DNA of 41,476 bases. It comes from an uncultured Emticicia sp. Lineage in GTDB: Bacteria; Bacteroidota; Bacteroidia; Cytophagales; Spirosomataceae. The position numbers were made by a program, and so were the translations under genes. This document shows positions 17,928 through 25,772 of this stretch, in pieces (within the stretch, counting starts at the first letter, position 1; each line of letters opens with the position of its first letter). Location: positions 1 to 41,476 of the forward strand of contig CAYUFZ010000001.1 in the NCBI GenBank assembly GCA_964444025.1, read 5' to 3'. The notes under the pieces were generated by a model. It saw only the letters and a program-made list of their open reading frames with translations. It searched no databases and was not told the DNA's origin.

Positions 17928-18940
17928 TGAAATTATTAAAGATATCTTGTTTGTTAATTCATATATTTATTTCTCAGATTGGCATATCCCAGCCCAAAGT
18001 AACCGTATGCGACGAGCAAAATATCAAACGTAAAAGTTTGGCATTAATCAATAATTTAGCAGATAAATACAATCTATTTTTAGATTCAGATGCCTATGAC
18101 CGAACTAATTTATTAGAAAACATGACACTTTCATCCCAATTTGGCTTGAGCGTCTTTGAGAATGACCAAATCATTATCGAAGATGATTTTATCACAAAGA
18201 ATATCACGGCCAAAGATAATTTAGATAAAAAAGTAGATATCTATTTCAACGATATCGGGATATATTTTGGCAGAAAAGGAAGTGGAGAATTTCCGAATGA
18301 AGGAAAAACAATAAGTTTTTCAAATATCACGACATCCAAAATCATGTATTCACCTATCGAACAAAACCTATTTCTTCAAGTGTTTTTTGATGTTATTTAT
18401 GAGGGAATTGATGCTCGTACCAATTTGTCTTATAAAATGCCAAGCAGCAGAATAGCAGAGCTTAAGATTCAGAAAATAAAAGATATTTGGCAAATTGCCA
18501 TACAATCTATCAGAAATTATACTGGTAATTCATCAAATAATAGCTCTAATAATGTATTGATTGAGCCTTGCAAAGATGAACAAAAAAGTGAAAATACACT
18601 TACAAAAGACGAAAAAATAATACAGAAAAAAATTGTTTATCGAAATCCTATCATCCAAGCATTTCGTGTAGGAGATAAATGGGGCTTGAAAAATGTAGAT
18701 GAAGATAAGGACATCATTCCACCTACTTTTTATGAAATAGAAGATTTTGTTGATTTAGAAAATGGCATGGCTTTGGCGTTGGTCAATCAAGATGGGCTTT
18801 GGGGATTTATCAATCCAGAAGGAAACTTTGTTATCAAATGTTCTTTTGATTATGCCGAATCTTTCAGCAAAGAAAAGAGATACAAAGCCAAAGTTCAAAA
18901 AGGCATGAAAATATTTTTTATAGATAAAAATGGAAATTAA
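17924..18940 (+). CDS. WG (KWG)-repeat protein with a putative NTF2-like N-terminal domain
   Basis: GDKWGL, DGLWGFINPEGNFVIKCSFDYAESFS, FFIDKNGN; signal peptide; ATGA overlap with the OmpA gene. Confidence 0.85.
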   Translation: MMKLLKISCLLIHIFISQIGISQPKVTVCDEQNIKRKSLALINNLADKYNLFLDSDAYDRTNLLENMTLSSQFGLSVFENDQIIIEDDFITKNITAKDNLDKKVDIYFNDIGIYFGRKGSGEFPNEGKTISFSNITTSKIMYSPIEQNLFLQVFFDVIYEGIDARTNLSYKMPSSRIAELKIQKIKDIWQIAIQSIRNYTGNSSNNSSNNVLIEPCKDEQKSENTLTKDEKIIQKKIVYRNPIIQAFRVGDKWGLKNVDEDKDIIPPTFYEIEDFVDLENGMALALVNQDGLWGFINPEGNFVIKCSFDYAESFSKEKRYKAKVQKGMKIFFIDKNGN

Positions 18941-18943
18941 AAC

Positions 18944-19282
18944 ATGAAAAAGAAACACTTAAATCTCATATTCTTGGTTTTTCTTTTATTCGGACTCAGT
19001 GCTTGTTTAAAATACAAAGAATTTGATTTTCAAACCAACAAATGTAAATCTGCCCCGAGTGGAACAATAAAAATCACCCGTTTGGACAATTTGAGATACA
19101 CATTTAGCCTAAATAGCAATGCTGATATAATCAGCATTATTTGGGAAATTGACGGCAAAACACTAGAAGCCTTTCAGGTAAATTATCAATTTGACAAAAA
19201 AAGTACCAAATCTATCAAAGTAACATTTTATAACAGATGCCTGATGGCTTCGAGCATAACCAACACCATCGATGTTTATTAA
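18944..19282 (+). CDS. Small lipoprotein with a PKD/Ig-like domain
   Basis: Lipobox LSAC; YTFSL...IIWEIDG...YQF...IKVTFYNRC. Confidence 0.8.
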   Translation: MKKKHLNLIFLVFLLFGLSACLKYKEFDFQTNKCKSAPSGTIKITRLDNLRYTFSLNSNADIISIIWEIDGKTLEAFQVNYQFDKKSTKSIKVTFYNRCLMASSITNTIDVY

Positions 19283-20093
19283 TAATCAAAATCGTATTCT
19301 TGGCTTTTTTTTACTCATTTATACATTCATAAATCATCCGAGTTTCAGCCAAAACCCTATAATCGAAAATGTTCGAGTTGTTCAGGAAAATACAGAACTG
19401 CATATTTACTATAATTTATCCAATAACCGACTCTCAGATTCGGTTTATTGTCAGGTATTTGGAAAAGAAAGTGGAATCATAGCAGCTGTAAACTTAAAAG
19501 GAGATATTGGGACTAATATTTTTCCGGGAAAAGACAAAAAAATAATCTGGGATATTCGGAGCGATGCCCCTCGTTTGAATGAAGAGATTAAAGTAACAAT
19601 ATTTGTAACACAAAAACAGAACAAACCTTTTGTCCCAAAGACAGAGCCAGCACCAATACCAAAAGAAGAGAAAAGCAAATCTAAGCCATATACTTATAGC
19701 CCTAAACGCAAAAAACAATCAGGAGTATCTAGGCTATTCAAGGTAGGCGGTTTTTTAGCAGGATTGTCAGGTACATATTTCAGTTATCAGATTTATCAAG
19801 AATCCCAACAACTTTACAAAAGCTATGTAAATAATAATTGGAATCAAAAAATTTCTGTTAATTCTACTACACTTTTAGCTCAATATTCCCAAGGGACTCT
19901 TGCAGCAGCCACATCTGATTTTAATGCTGCTCAAAACAAATATACACAAGCCCAAATTTTGTTGGGGGGCAGTGTCGGTCTATTGCTTGTAGATTTTATT
20001 TGGACCCTTCGAAAACCAAAGACAAACACAAGAGTACAATACCAACTTTATCCTTCTACACAGCCACAATTTGTGGTACGATGGAGATTATAA
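19272..20093 (+). CDS. Exported hypothetical protein: N-terminal Ig-like domain, Pro/Lys linker, C-terminal hydrophobic helical hairpin
   Basis: Signal peptide; GDIGTNIFPGKDKKIIWD; hydrophobic segments VGGFLAGLSGTYFSY and ILLGGSVGLLLVDFIW. Confidence 0.75.
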   Translation: MFINNQNRILGFFLLIYTFINHPSFSQNPIIENVRVVQENTELHIYYNLSNNRLSDSVYCQVFGKESGIIAAVNLKGDIGTNIFPGKDKKIIWDIRSDAPRLNEEIKVTIFVTQKQNKPFVPKTEPAPIPKEEKSKSKPYTYSPKRKKQSGVSRLFKVGGFLAGLSGTYFSYQIYQESQQLYKSYVNNNWNQKISVNSTTLLAQYSQGTLAAATSDFNAAQNKYTQAQILLGGSVGLLLVDFIWTLRKPKTNTRVQYQLYPSTQPQFVVRWRL

Positions 20094-20097
20094 TGCA

Positions 20098-22515
20098 CTA
20101 CTTAATCCTAATACCTAACCCGAGACTGATATAAGAAAAATTATTATAATTTGTTCGATTGGCTATTTCTCCATTTTTATAAATGGAGAATAATCCATTA
20201 TAATTAACCTCTAGTGTCATACCTGATTTTTTCTTGTGAATTTCATATCCTACTCCCAATCTGTACCCTGCATTGAGAGCCGTCAGCTCAGGTGTTAAAT
20301 CAAATGAAGTATTTGAACGATACTTAAAAAGTATATTTTTTGCCAATAAGAGCCCCGTGGAAACAAATATTCTTCCTATTTCGTGGTAAGTTTTTCGTGC
20401 ATGCCACTTCATTTCCATCGGCAATAGTACAAGCATTGGGCTATATTCTCCTGAAATATAGCCTAAACCATTGCTAAATTTAGAAATTGCAATTTTTGTA
20501 TAAGAAATATCTAATCCAATAGACCAATCATATATTTTAGTAAAATTCAACCTTTGTATCTTTGCCCCCAACAATACACCAAATGCAGGGGGATAAGCCA
20601 ATTTACTCCTTTCTCCATTATTTGTATTGGAGATATTTAAGTTGCCATTCTGCAATAATCCACCAAACCGAATATCAATTGTATTAATTTTGGACGAGTC
20701 CAAATTTACCGTATTGACAGTCGATTCTGGGCAACAATTACCCTCATTACAAATGGAGCATAGATCGGATTTTTCTGTAGAGCTGATATTTTTGTACAGA
20801 CAACATTTATCCATAATCAACCCATTAATACCCGCAAGCCTGGCATCATCGGGAGCATTTTCTTTGGCTTTAAGAAGCAAAGCGAATAAATCCTTGAAGT
20901 ATCCATGATTTTCTTGCCTTAAAGCACTGTCTCTTAATGAGGTATATATTTTTTCTTTGAGCATTAATTCCATATATTTTCGTTCTTGTCTGACATTTGC
21001 CAATATTTTCGGAAATGTAGATAAACAAACGGTGTCCACCGAATTAATCATTAACAATCCTTTTTCAAGTAAATTTTCGTCTTTATACATTTGTGTTTGA
21101 GCCAACACACTCTGTGCATTTTCAATACAAGCTAGTTGTTTTTCGCCTTTTTCAACCTCAATAATCAAAGATTTCGACAAATTTACAATTGAGTCGCAAT
21201 GACATTCAATCAGTTTTGATTCACTCGAAAGCACCCCTGAAAGCAATATATTTTTGGATTCTTTCAATTGCCCCCTATTCTTTAGAGCCAATGCCTTATG
21301 ATAAGATGGCAAATAAAGATTTCTACATTTTTCTAGACATTGTACTTTGGTATCGCATGTATTTATTTTTTCCTGAACCCCTTCTATTTCCGCCTTTTTC
21401 TCATTGATTTTTATCAATAACATTCCATATTTAATCATATTGTCACAAGTATTATAGGTAGCCATAAAACCATAATTTTTAAGAAAATTGGTTTTTACAA
21501 ATTCATAATATTCGTCTTTATCACAAGGGTTTTTACGCATAATTATTTCATAATTCGCAAGAATCATGTCGGTTTTCCCTAAATCATATTTGAGCTTTTC
21601 AATATCGGACTTTGCGTTTAGGATTGTCTCGACATCTAATTTTCTACCATTAAATCTTACGTATGAATCCTTTGCATATCCATCTAAGGTTTTGATATCT
21701 TTTATCTTTTTTAATACTAGAACATAATTTTGTTCACAAAATGCTTTTTCGGCCTCGTGTTTCCATGTAAAATAATTTTTTCTATTTTCGGCAGAACTTT
21801 TGACAATACCCCCGAGAAATCCTTTAGCCTCTGGATATTTCAATTCCAAATCTATGAGAGCCTTATTTGCCTTTTGTACTTGTCCATTTTTAGCATACTG
21901 CTGAATCATGTTGGCGGCATCAACAATTTCATTTGCAGCTAATATATTTTTTTGAATTTCTTCACTTTTATACGCAGAAGTAGTTTTGGCTATGGCTACC
22001 CAATTTTTTTTTGCCCGCAATATTTTTTCAATCCTTTCTTCTTGCGACACAATCGAAGAAGCATTTATTCCATCCAAAAATATTTTCTGAGTATTGGATA
22101 AGGCTTTGTCCAATACATTATCCCTTTTAAATTCAGTGATAAAAGACAATTTTTCACGGTCTTCTCGTGCCTTCGTATCATTTGGATTGCGTGCCAAAAT
22201 TTGAGTGTATTTTTCGCTGGCAAGCTTAGATTTACCTTCCCGAATAGCACGATAAGCTTCATATCTGATTTTAAGTAATTCTCTGCTATTCTCTTTAATC
22301 AACAAAACCCTTTGTTTATTTTGATATGAATTTAAAGCGATATTTAAGCGAACTGCCAGCTGAAAAGCTCTTTCATAATCACCTGAAGAGTATGCTCTTT
22401 CCAATGACACCAATGCTAATTCGAGGGGATTAGGCTTGGTTTGAAGTACTTTTTTCTGTGAAAATACTTGTATGGAAAACAAACAAAATAGAATAAATAC
22501 CCCAAGATTTTTCAT
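20098..22515 (-). CDS. Large exported protein: TPR-like helical region, Cys-rich segment, C-terminal outer-membrane beta-barrel (PorT/OMP-like)
   Basis: Signal peptide; YTQILARNPNDTKA; 16 Cys in the mature non-barrel part; barrel-like strands LLPMEMKWH, YRLGVGYE, LEVNYNG, YISLGLGIRIK. Confidence 0.75.
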   Translation of the reverse strand: MKNLGVFILFCLFSIQVFSQKKVLQTKPNPLELALVSLERAYSSGDYERAFQLAVRLNIALNSYQNKQRVLLIKENSRELLKIRYEAYRAIREGKSKLASEKYTQILARNPNDTKAREDREKLSFITEFKRDNVLDKALSNTQKIFLDGINASSIVSQEERIEKILRAKKNWVAIAKTTSAYKSEEIQKNILAANEIVDAANMIQQYAKNGQVQKANKALIDLELKYPEAKGFLGGIVKSSAENRKNYFTWKHEAEKAFCEQNYVLVLKKIKDIKTLDGYAKDSYVRFNGRKLDVETILNAKSDIEKLKYDLGKTDMILANYEIIMRKNPCDKDEYYEFVKTNFLKNYGFMATYNTCDNMIKYGMLLIKINEKKAEIEGVQEKINTCDTKVQCLEKCRNLYLPSYHKALALKNRGQLKESKNILLSGVLSSESKLIECHCDSIVNLSKSLIIEVEKGEKQLACIENAQSVLAQTQMYKDENLLEKGLLMINSVDTVCLSTFPKILANVRQERKYMELMLKEKIYTSLRDSALRQENHGYFKDLFALLLKAKENAPDDARLAGINGLIMDKCCLYKNISSTEKSDLCSICNEGNCCPESTVNTVNLDSSKINTIDIRFGGLLQNGNLNISNTNNGERSKLAYPPAFGVLLGAKIQRLNFTKIYDWSIGLDISYTKIAISKFSNGLGYISGEYSPMLVLLPMEMKWHARKTYHEIGRIFVSTGLLLAKNILFKYRSNTSFDLTPELTALNAGYRLGVGYEIHKKKSGMTLEVNYNGLFSIYKNGEIANRTNYNNFSYISLGLGIRIK

Positions 22516-22522
22516 ATTGTAA

Positions 22523-23203
22523 TCATTTACACTTTGAAACTTTTTGGCTAATCCCAGACGATTCTTCTATTTGTTGAGCAATTTGAAAGTGTATTTTTGC
22601 CAAAGGCATCAAACTTTTGTCATTCATTTCCAACAATAAATCTCCATTACTATAAGCTTGACTGTATAAGCTTTCTGCATCTGACGAATTTCGGAGACCA
22701 AAGTCAGATTTTACAATAGCAGCAAGCGTTACTTTTTCTAAAGCTTTTTCCAATTTATCATCACCATAAGCTAATAAAGCCTCTTTGATTAAATTATTAT
22801 ACGTTTGGTTAGGATTGGAAGGAGCTATCGGTATTTCGTCTTGAGAGGTAGTTTCTGTACTCTTTGATGCTGGTTGTGGCATCTTTTCGGGTTCACTTTC
22901 CTGCTTAGATTCAGAGGAAGCAGCTATAGATTCTATCATAGTATTTTTGATTTTTCCAATATTTTGAAATATCAAAAATGCAAATAAAACAATGATGGCA
23001 GAAACAATGATTAATGGTCGTTTGGGTGTATGAGTAATTGGCTTATATATCGATAATTCATAAAGAATTTCATCAAATTCAGCCGAATCAATTCCATAAT
23101 ATGACTTTAATCGTTCTTTTTCTTTAGCAGTAATTTCCCCCTTACGCTTGTCATATAACTCTCGAAGTTCCTTGATAAAATAAGTACCGTCTGCCATTTT
23201 CAT
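22523..23203 (-). CDS. Single-pass membrane protein: small helical N-domain, TM helix, low-complexity linker, TPR-like C-terminus
   Basis: GEITAKEKERLKSYYGIDSAEFDEIL; TM LIIVSAIIVLFAFLIF; S/E/P/T-rich linker. Confidence 0.75.
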   Translation of the reverse strand: MKMADGTYFIKELRELYDKRKGEITAKEKERLKSYYGIDSAEFDEILYELSIYKPITHTPKRPLIIVSAIIVLFAFLIFQNIGKIKNTMIESIAASSESKQESEPEKMPQPASKSTETTSQDEIPIAPSNPNQTYNNLIKEALLAYGDDKLEKALEKVTLAAIVKSDFGLRNSSDAESLYSQAYSNGDLLLEMNDKSLMPLAKIHFQIAQQIEESSGISQKVSKCK

Positions 23204-23298
23204 TAATCATTAATATCTTGTTTACTCTACCTTAAAAAAGCATTAGAGACTCTTATTCAGTCGATTAAATACTTTTCAAACACAAGGTCTATTCCTCG

Positions 23299-23306
23299 CA
23301 AATGTA
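23299..23306 (-). promoter_or_regulatory. Bacteroidota -7 promoter box (TACATTTG) for the 23203/22515 unit
   Basis: Matches TAnnTTTG on the minus strand, about 95 nt upstream of the ATG. Confidence 0.45.
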
Positions 23307-23578
23307 TGAAAGAAGCCTTAGATTACAAGTCCTATTTTAGTACCATAAAGACTAATTTAAAACTTGACAGACTATTTATACCTTTCCCTATAAAACACCA
23401 TTGATGCATCCTATTTGCTCATACAATTCTTAGACCTTGATGAGTGTCATACACTCTTATCAATACGGCAAAGAGTCTTAAATACTAGTTCATTTGTCGA
23501 TAAATATATCTTTTTTGCTAAAATATTCTTTACTTGATGTCAAATAGCTCTAATTCTAATATTAAATACAAACACTAC

Positions 23579-24302
23579 ATGAAAAAATTAAGCTTCACTT
23601 TTTCTTTTTTACTTTTTTCCTTTATTTGTCTCGCCCAAGTTCAAACTTTAAATCTAAATTTTTTATAAAATTAAAGAGAATAAAGCCAAGCAATTCTATC
23701 GTTCGATGGAAAAATACTCAAATAAATTTAGAGATAGCCATTACTTGGTTTATTTTGTTGAGGGTGGGAAACATCATCATCAAATTGCTATTTTTGACAA
23801 TATAGGTTTGACATGGAAGCAACGAGACTCGCTCACAAATTCTCCCGTCTATTGGTCAATGAAAGAAAATTTTCAGAACACCGTTTTACCAAATTTAGAA
23901 GAAGAAAATGGCGGAGAGATTCTTTTGTATCAAAAAAACTTAAGCAGTTCAGCTATCGAAGAATGGCCTTCAAAGTTACGTATTAATGTACTTAGTATTC
24001 AATACTCTCCACCACAAGAGTTTTCAGACATTTTGAAGAAAAATCAGAAGGCTTTTGAAACATCAGCTATTCAGATGTCTATTTTTAGTAATGCAGGACT
24101 AGGAAGTGGCAAGTTATTTTTTATGAGAAAGTTCCCTAACGGTTGGATAGAACTCGATTCTCCAAACCCACTTAAAAGTTCTTTTGAGCAATTGTATGGA
24201 AAAGGCTCTTATGATAAGGATATGGCAACTATTAGAGAATTTGTAACAGAAAATGATATTATTTTTCTAACATTGATACCAGAGCTTTCTAAACTTAAAT
24301 AA
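23579..24302 (+). pseudogene. Exported hypothetical protein interrupted by a +1 frameshift in a T6 run (or a sequencing error)
   Basis: ATG at 23579 gives signal peptide MKKLSFTFSFLLFSFICLAQVQ and stops at 23666-23668; removing one T from 23659-23664 joins it in frame to ORF 23706-24302. Confidence 0.75.
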
Positions 24303-24341
24303 ACATGAGTCATCCTGAAAATTCGAGATGGCTCATGTTTA
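24300..24341. terminator. Hairpin, probable bidirectional terminator
   Basis: TAAACATGAGTCATC / GATGGCTCATGTTTA 15-bp arms with one G-U pair, starting at the stop codon 24300-24302. Confidence 0.7.
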
Positions 24342-24454
24342 TGCCTGTGGTGAGGAAAAAAAACAAAAACAAAAACGGCAAGGACTTCTGCGAAGCAGGA
24401 AGCAAACAGACAACTTAATTTATAAGTTTTGCGTAACGGAAGAGATGTCTTCAT
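24339..24454 (-). CDS. Candidate small hydrophobic peptide (3' end uncertain)
   Basis: MKTSLPLRKTYKLSCLFASCFAEVLAVFVFVF; with a length change in the A8 run (24356-24363) it ends SSPQA-stop exactly at the hairpin. Confidence 0.4.
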
Positions 24455-24518
24455 ATAAATTCTGAAAAGAAGTAGTCCAAGAACTACTAACCTTGTCTAA
24501 CAATATGTTTATTTAAAT

Positions 24519-24550
24519 AAAAAATCCCGGTCAGTTTGTATTGACCGGGA
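24519..24550 (-). terminator. Intrinsic terminator of the bamA-skp operon
   Basis: 9-bp stem TCCCGGTCA/TGACCGGGA followed by a T run on the minus strand, about 20 nt after the skp stop. Confidence 0.85.
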
Positions 24551-24571
24551 CAAAAAATATTTTAAAAAAAA

Positions 24572-25141
24572 TTATTTCTTTGGAGCTGTAGTTGCAGCAG
24601 GAGCGGCTGCTTTAGGAGCAGGAACACCCAATTTCTTGAAAACTAAATCAGAAATATTATCAGCATCTGGAGCAACCAATAAAATCGGAGTTGTGCCAGG
24701 ACCTGCATCAGTATTAAATACATAAGTATATCCACTTTCTTTCGCAACATCTTTAATCGTTTTGTCGATTTTGTCAAGAACTGGAGCTAACAATTGTTGT
24801 TGCTTTTGTTGTAAAGCTGTTTCCGAATTTTGTTGAAACTCTTGAATAGCTGTTTGGCTGCTTTGCAATTCCTTTTCACGATCAGCACGAATTACCGCAG
24901 ACATGGTTGCCCCATTTTTTTGATAATCTTCGTATTTGGTTTGAAAAGCTGTAATCTTATCTTGCAAAAGTTTGTCATATTGAGCTTTTTCAGTTTTTAG
25001 CTTGTTTTCGATATCTTTTGCATCCGGAAGATTATTCAAAATATAATCAACATTGGTGTATCCGATTTTTCCGGATTGTGCATTTGCCATACTTACAAAC
25101 ATCAAAGCGATGAATAATGAGGCGAAAAATTTTGTCTTCAT
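24572..25141 (-). CDS. skp: OmpH/Skp periplasmic chaperone
   Basis: KIGYTNVDYIL, Gln-rich coiled coil, VAKESGYTYVF; downstream of bamA. Confidence 0.93.
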   Translation of the reverse strand: MKTKFFASLFIALMFVSMANAQSGKIGYTNVDYILNNLPDAKDIENKLKTEKAQYDKLLQDKITAFQTKYEDYQKNGATMSAVIRADREKELQSSQTAIQEFQQNSETALQQKQQQLLAPVLDKIDKTIKDVAKESGYTYVFNTDAGPGTTPILLVAPDADNISDLVFKKLGVPAPKAAAPAATTAPKK

Positions 25142-25150
25142 TTTGAAACT

Positions 25151-25705
25151 TTATTTTTTGTTTTGGTTATTTGATTTTTGATTTTTATCTTCTTTCAACG
25201 AAATGCCCATGGCTTCTAATACATAATCAGTATAATCATGCCTCGGATCGGTATAAATCATGCTTAGGTCAGAAGCCTTATCAAAAATAAACATTAATTG
25301 TTTTTGTCGGGCAACTTTTTGGCACGCTTTAAATATTTCGTCTAATATTTCTTTCATCACTTCTTTTTTCTTTAAAAAAAGTAAGCCATTTAATCCGAAT
25401 ACTTTGTTATTCAACTCTTTGATTTCGTTTTCTTTTTGTTCGATATTCTTTTTACGTTCATTTTTCATTTCTTCGGTCAATAATATTTCTTCTTGTTGAA
25501 ATTGTGAACGCAATTTTTCAAGTTCGCTATATTTGGTTTGAATATCCTCAATCCATTTCTCCGAAAATTTATCAATTTCTTCTTGAGCTTTTTTATATTC
25601 AGGCATTTTAGAAGTGATAAACTCAGAATCAATGTATCCAAACTTTTGCGAAAAAGAATCGAAAGAACTAAGTGCCAAAAATAGTAAAAATATTATCTTT
25701 TTCAT
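25151..25705 (-). CDS. skp: OmpH/Skp periplasmic chaperone
   Basis: QKFGYIDSEFI, PEYKKAQ, FIFDKASD, DYTDYVL. Confidence 0.93.
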   Translation of the reverse strand: MKKIIFLLFLALSSFDSFSQKFGYIDSEFITSKMPEYKKAQEEIDKFSEKWIEDIQTKYSELEKLRSQFQQEEILLTEEMKNERKKNIEQKENEIKELNNKVFGLNGLLFLKKKEVMKEILDEIFKACQKVARQKQLMFIFDKASDLSMIYTDPRHDYTDYVLEAMGISLKEDKNQKSNNQNKK

Positions 25706-25772
25706 TCAAAGTATATATCAAATTTAATACAATTGCAAAATTTCTCCTTAAATAGTCAAATAATTGAAAAAA

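Noticed and set aside
10022-23203. Cluster as a prophage, ICE, T6SS or polysaccharide utilisation locus
   Set aside because: No integrase, phage structural genes, TssB/C, VgrG, Hcp, SusC/D or glycoside hydrolase motifs were recognised, and no flanking att repeats were seen.
23437-23463. Hairpin TTGATGAGTGT-CAT-ACACTCTTATCAA as an ncRNA or riboswitch
   Set aside because: A single short bulged stem with no recognisable riboswitch or tRNA features.
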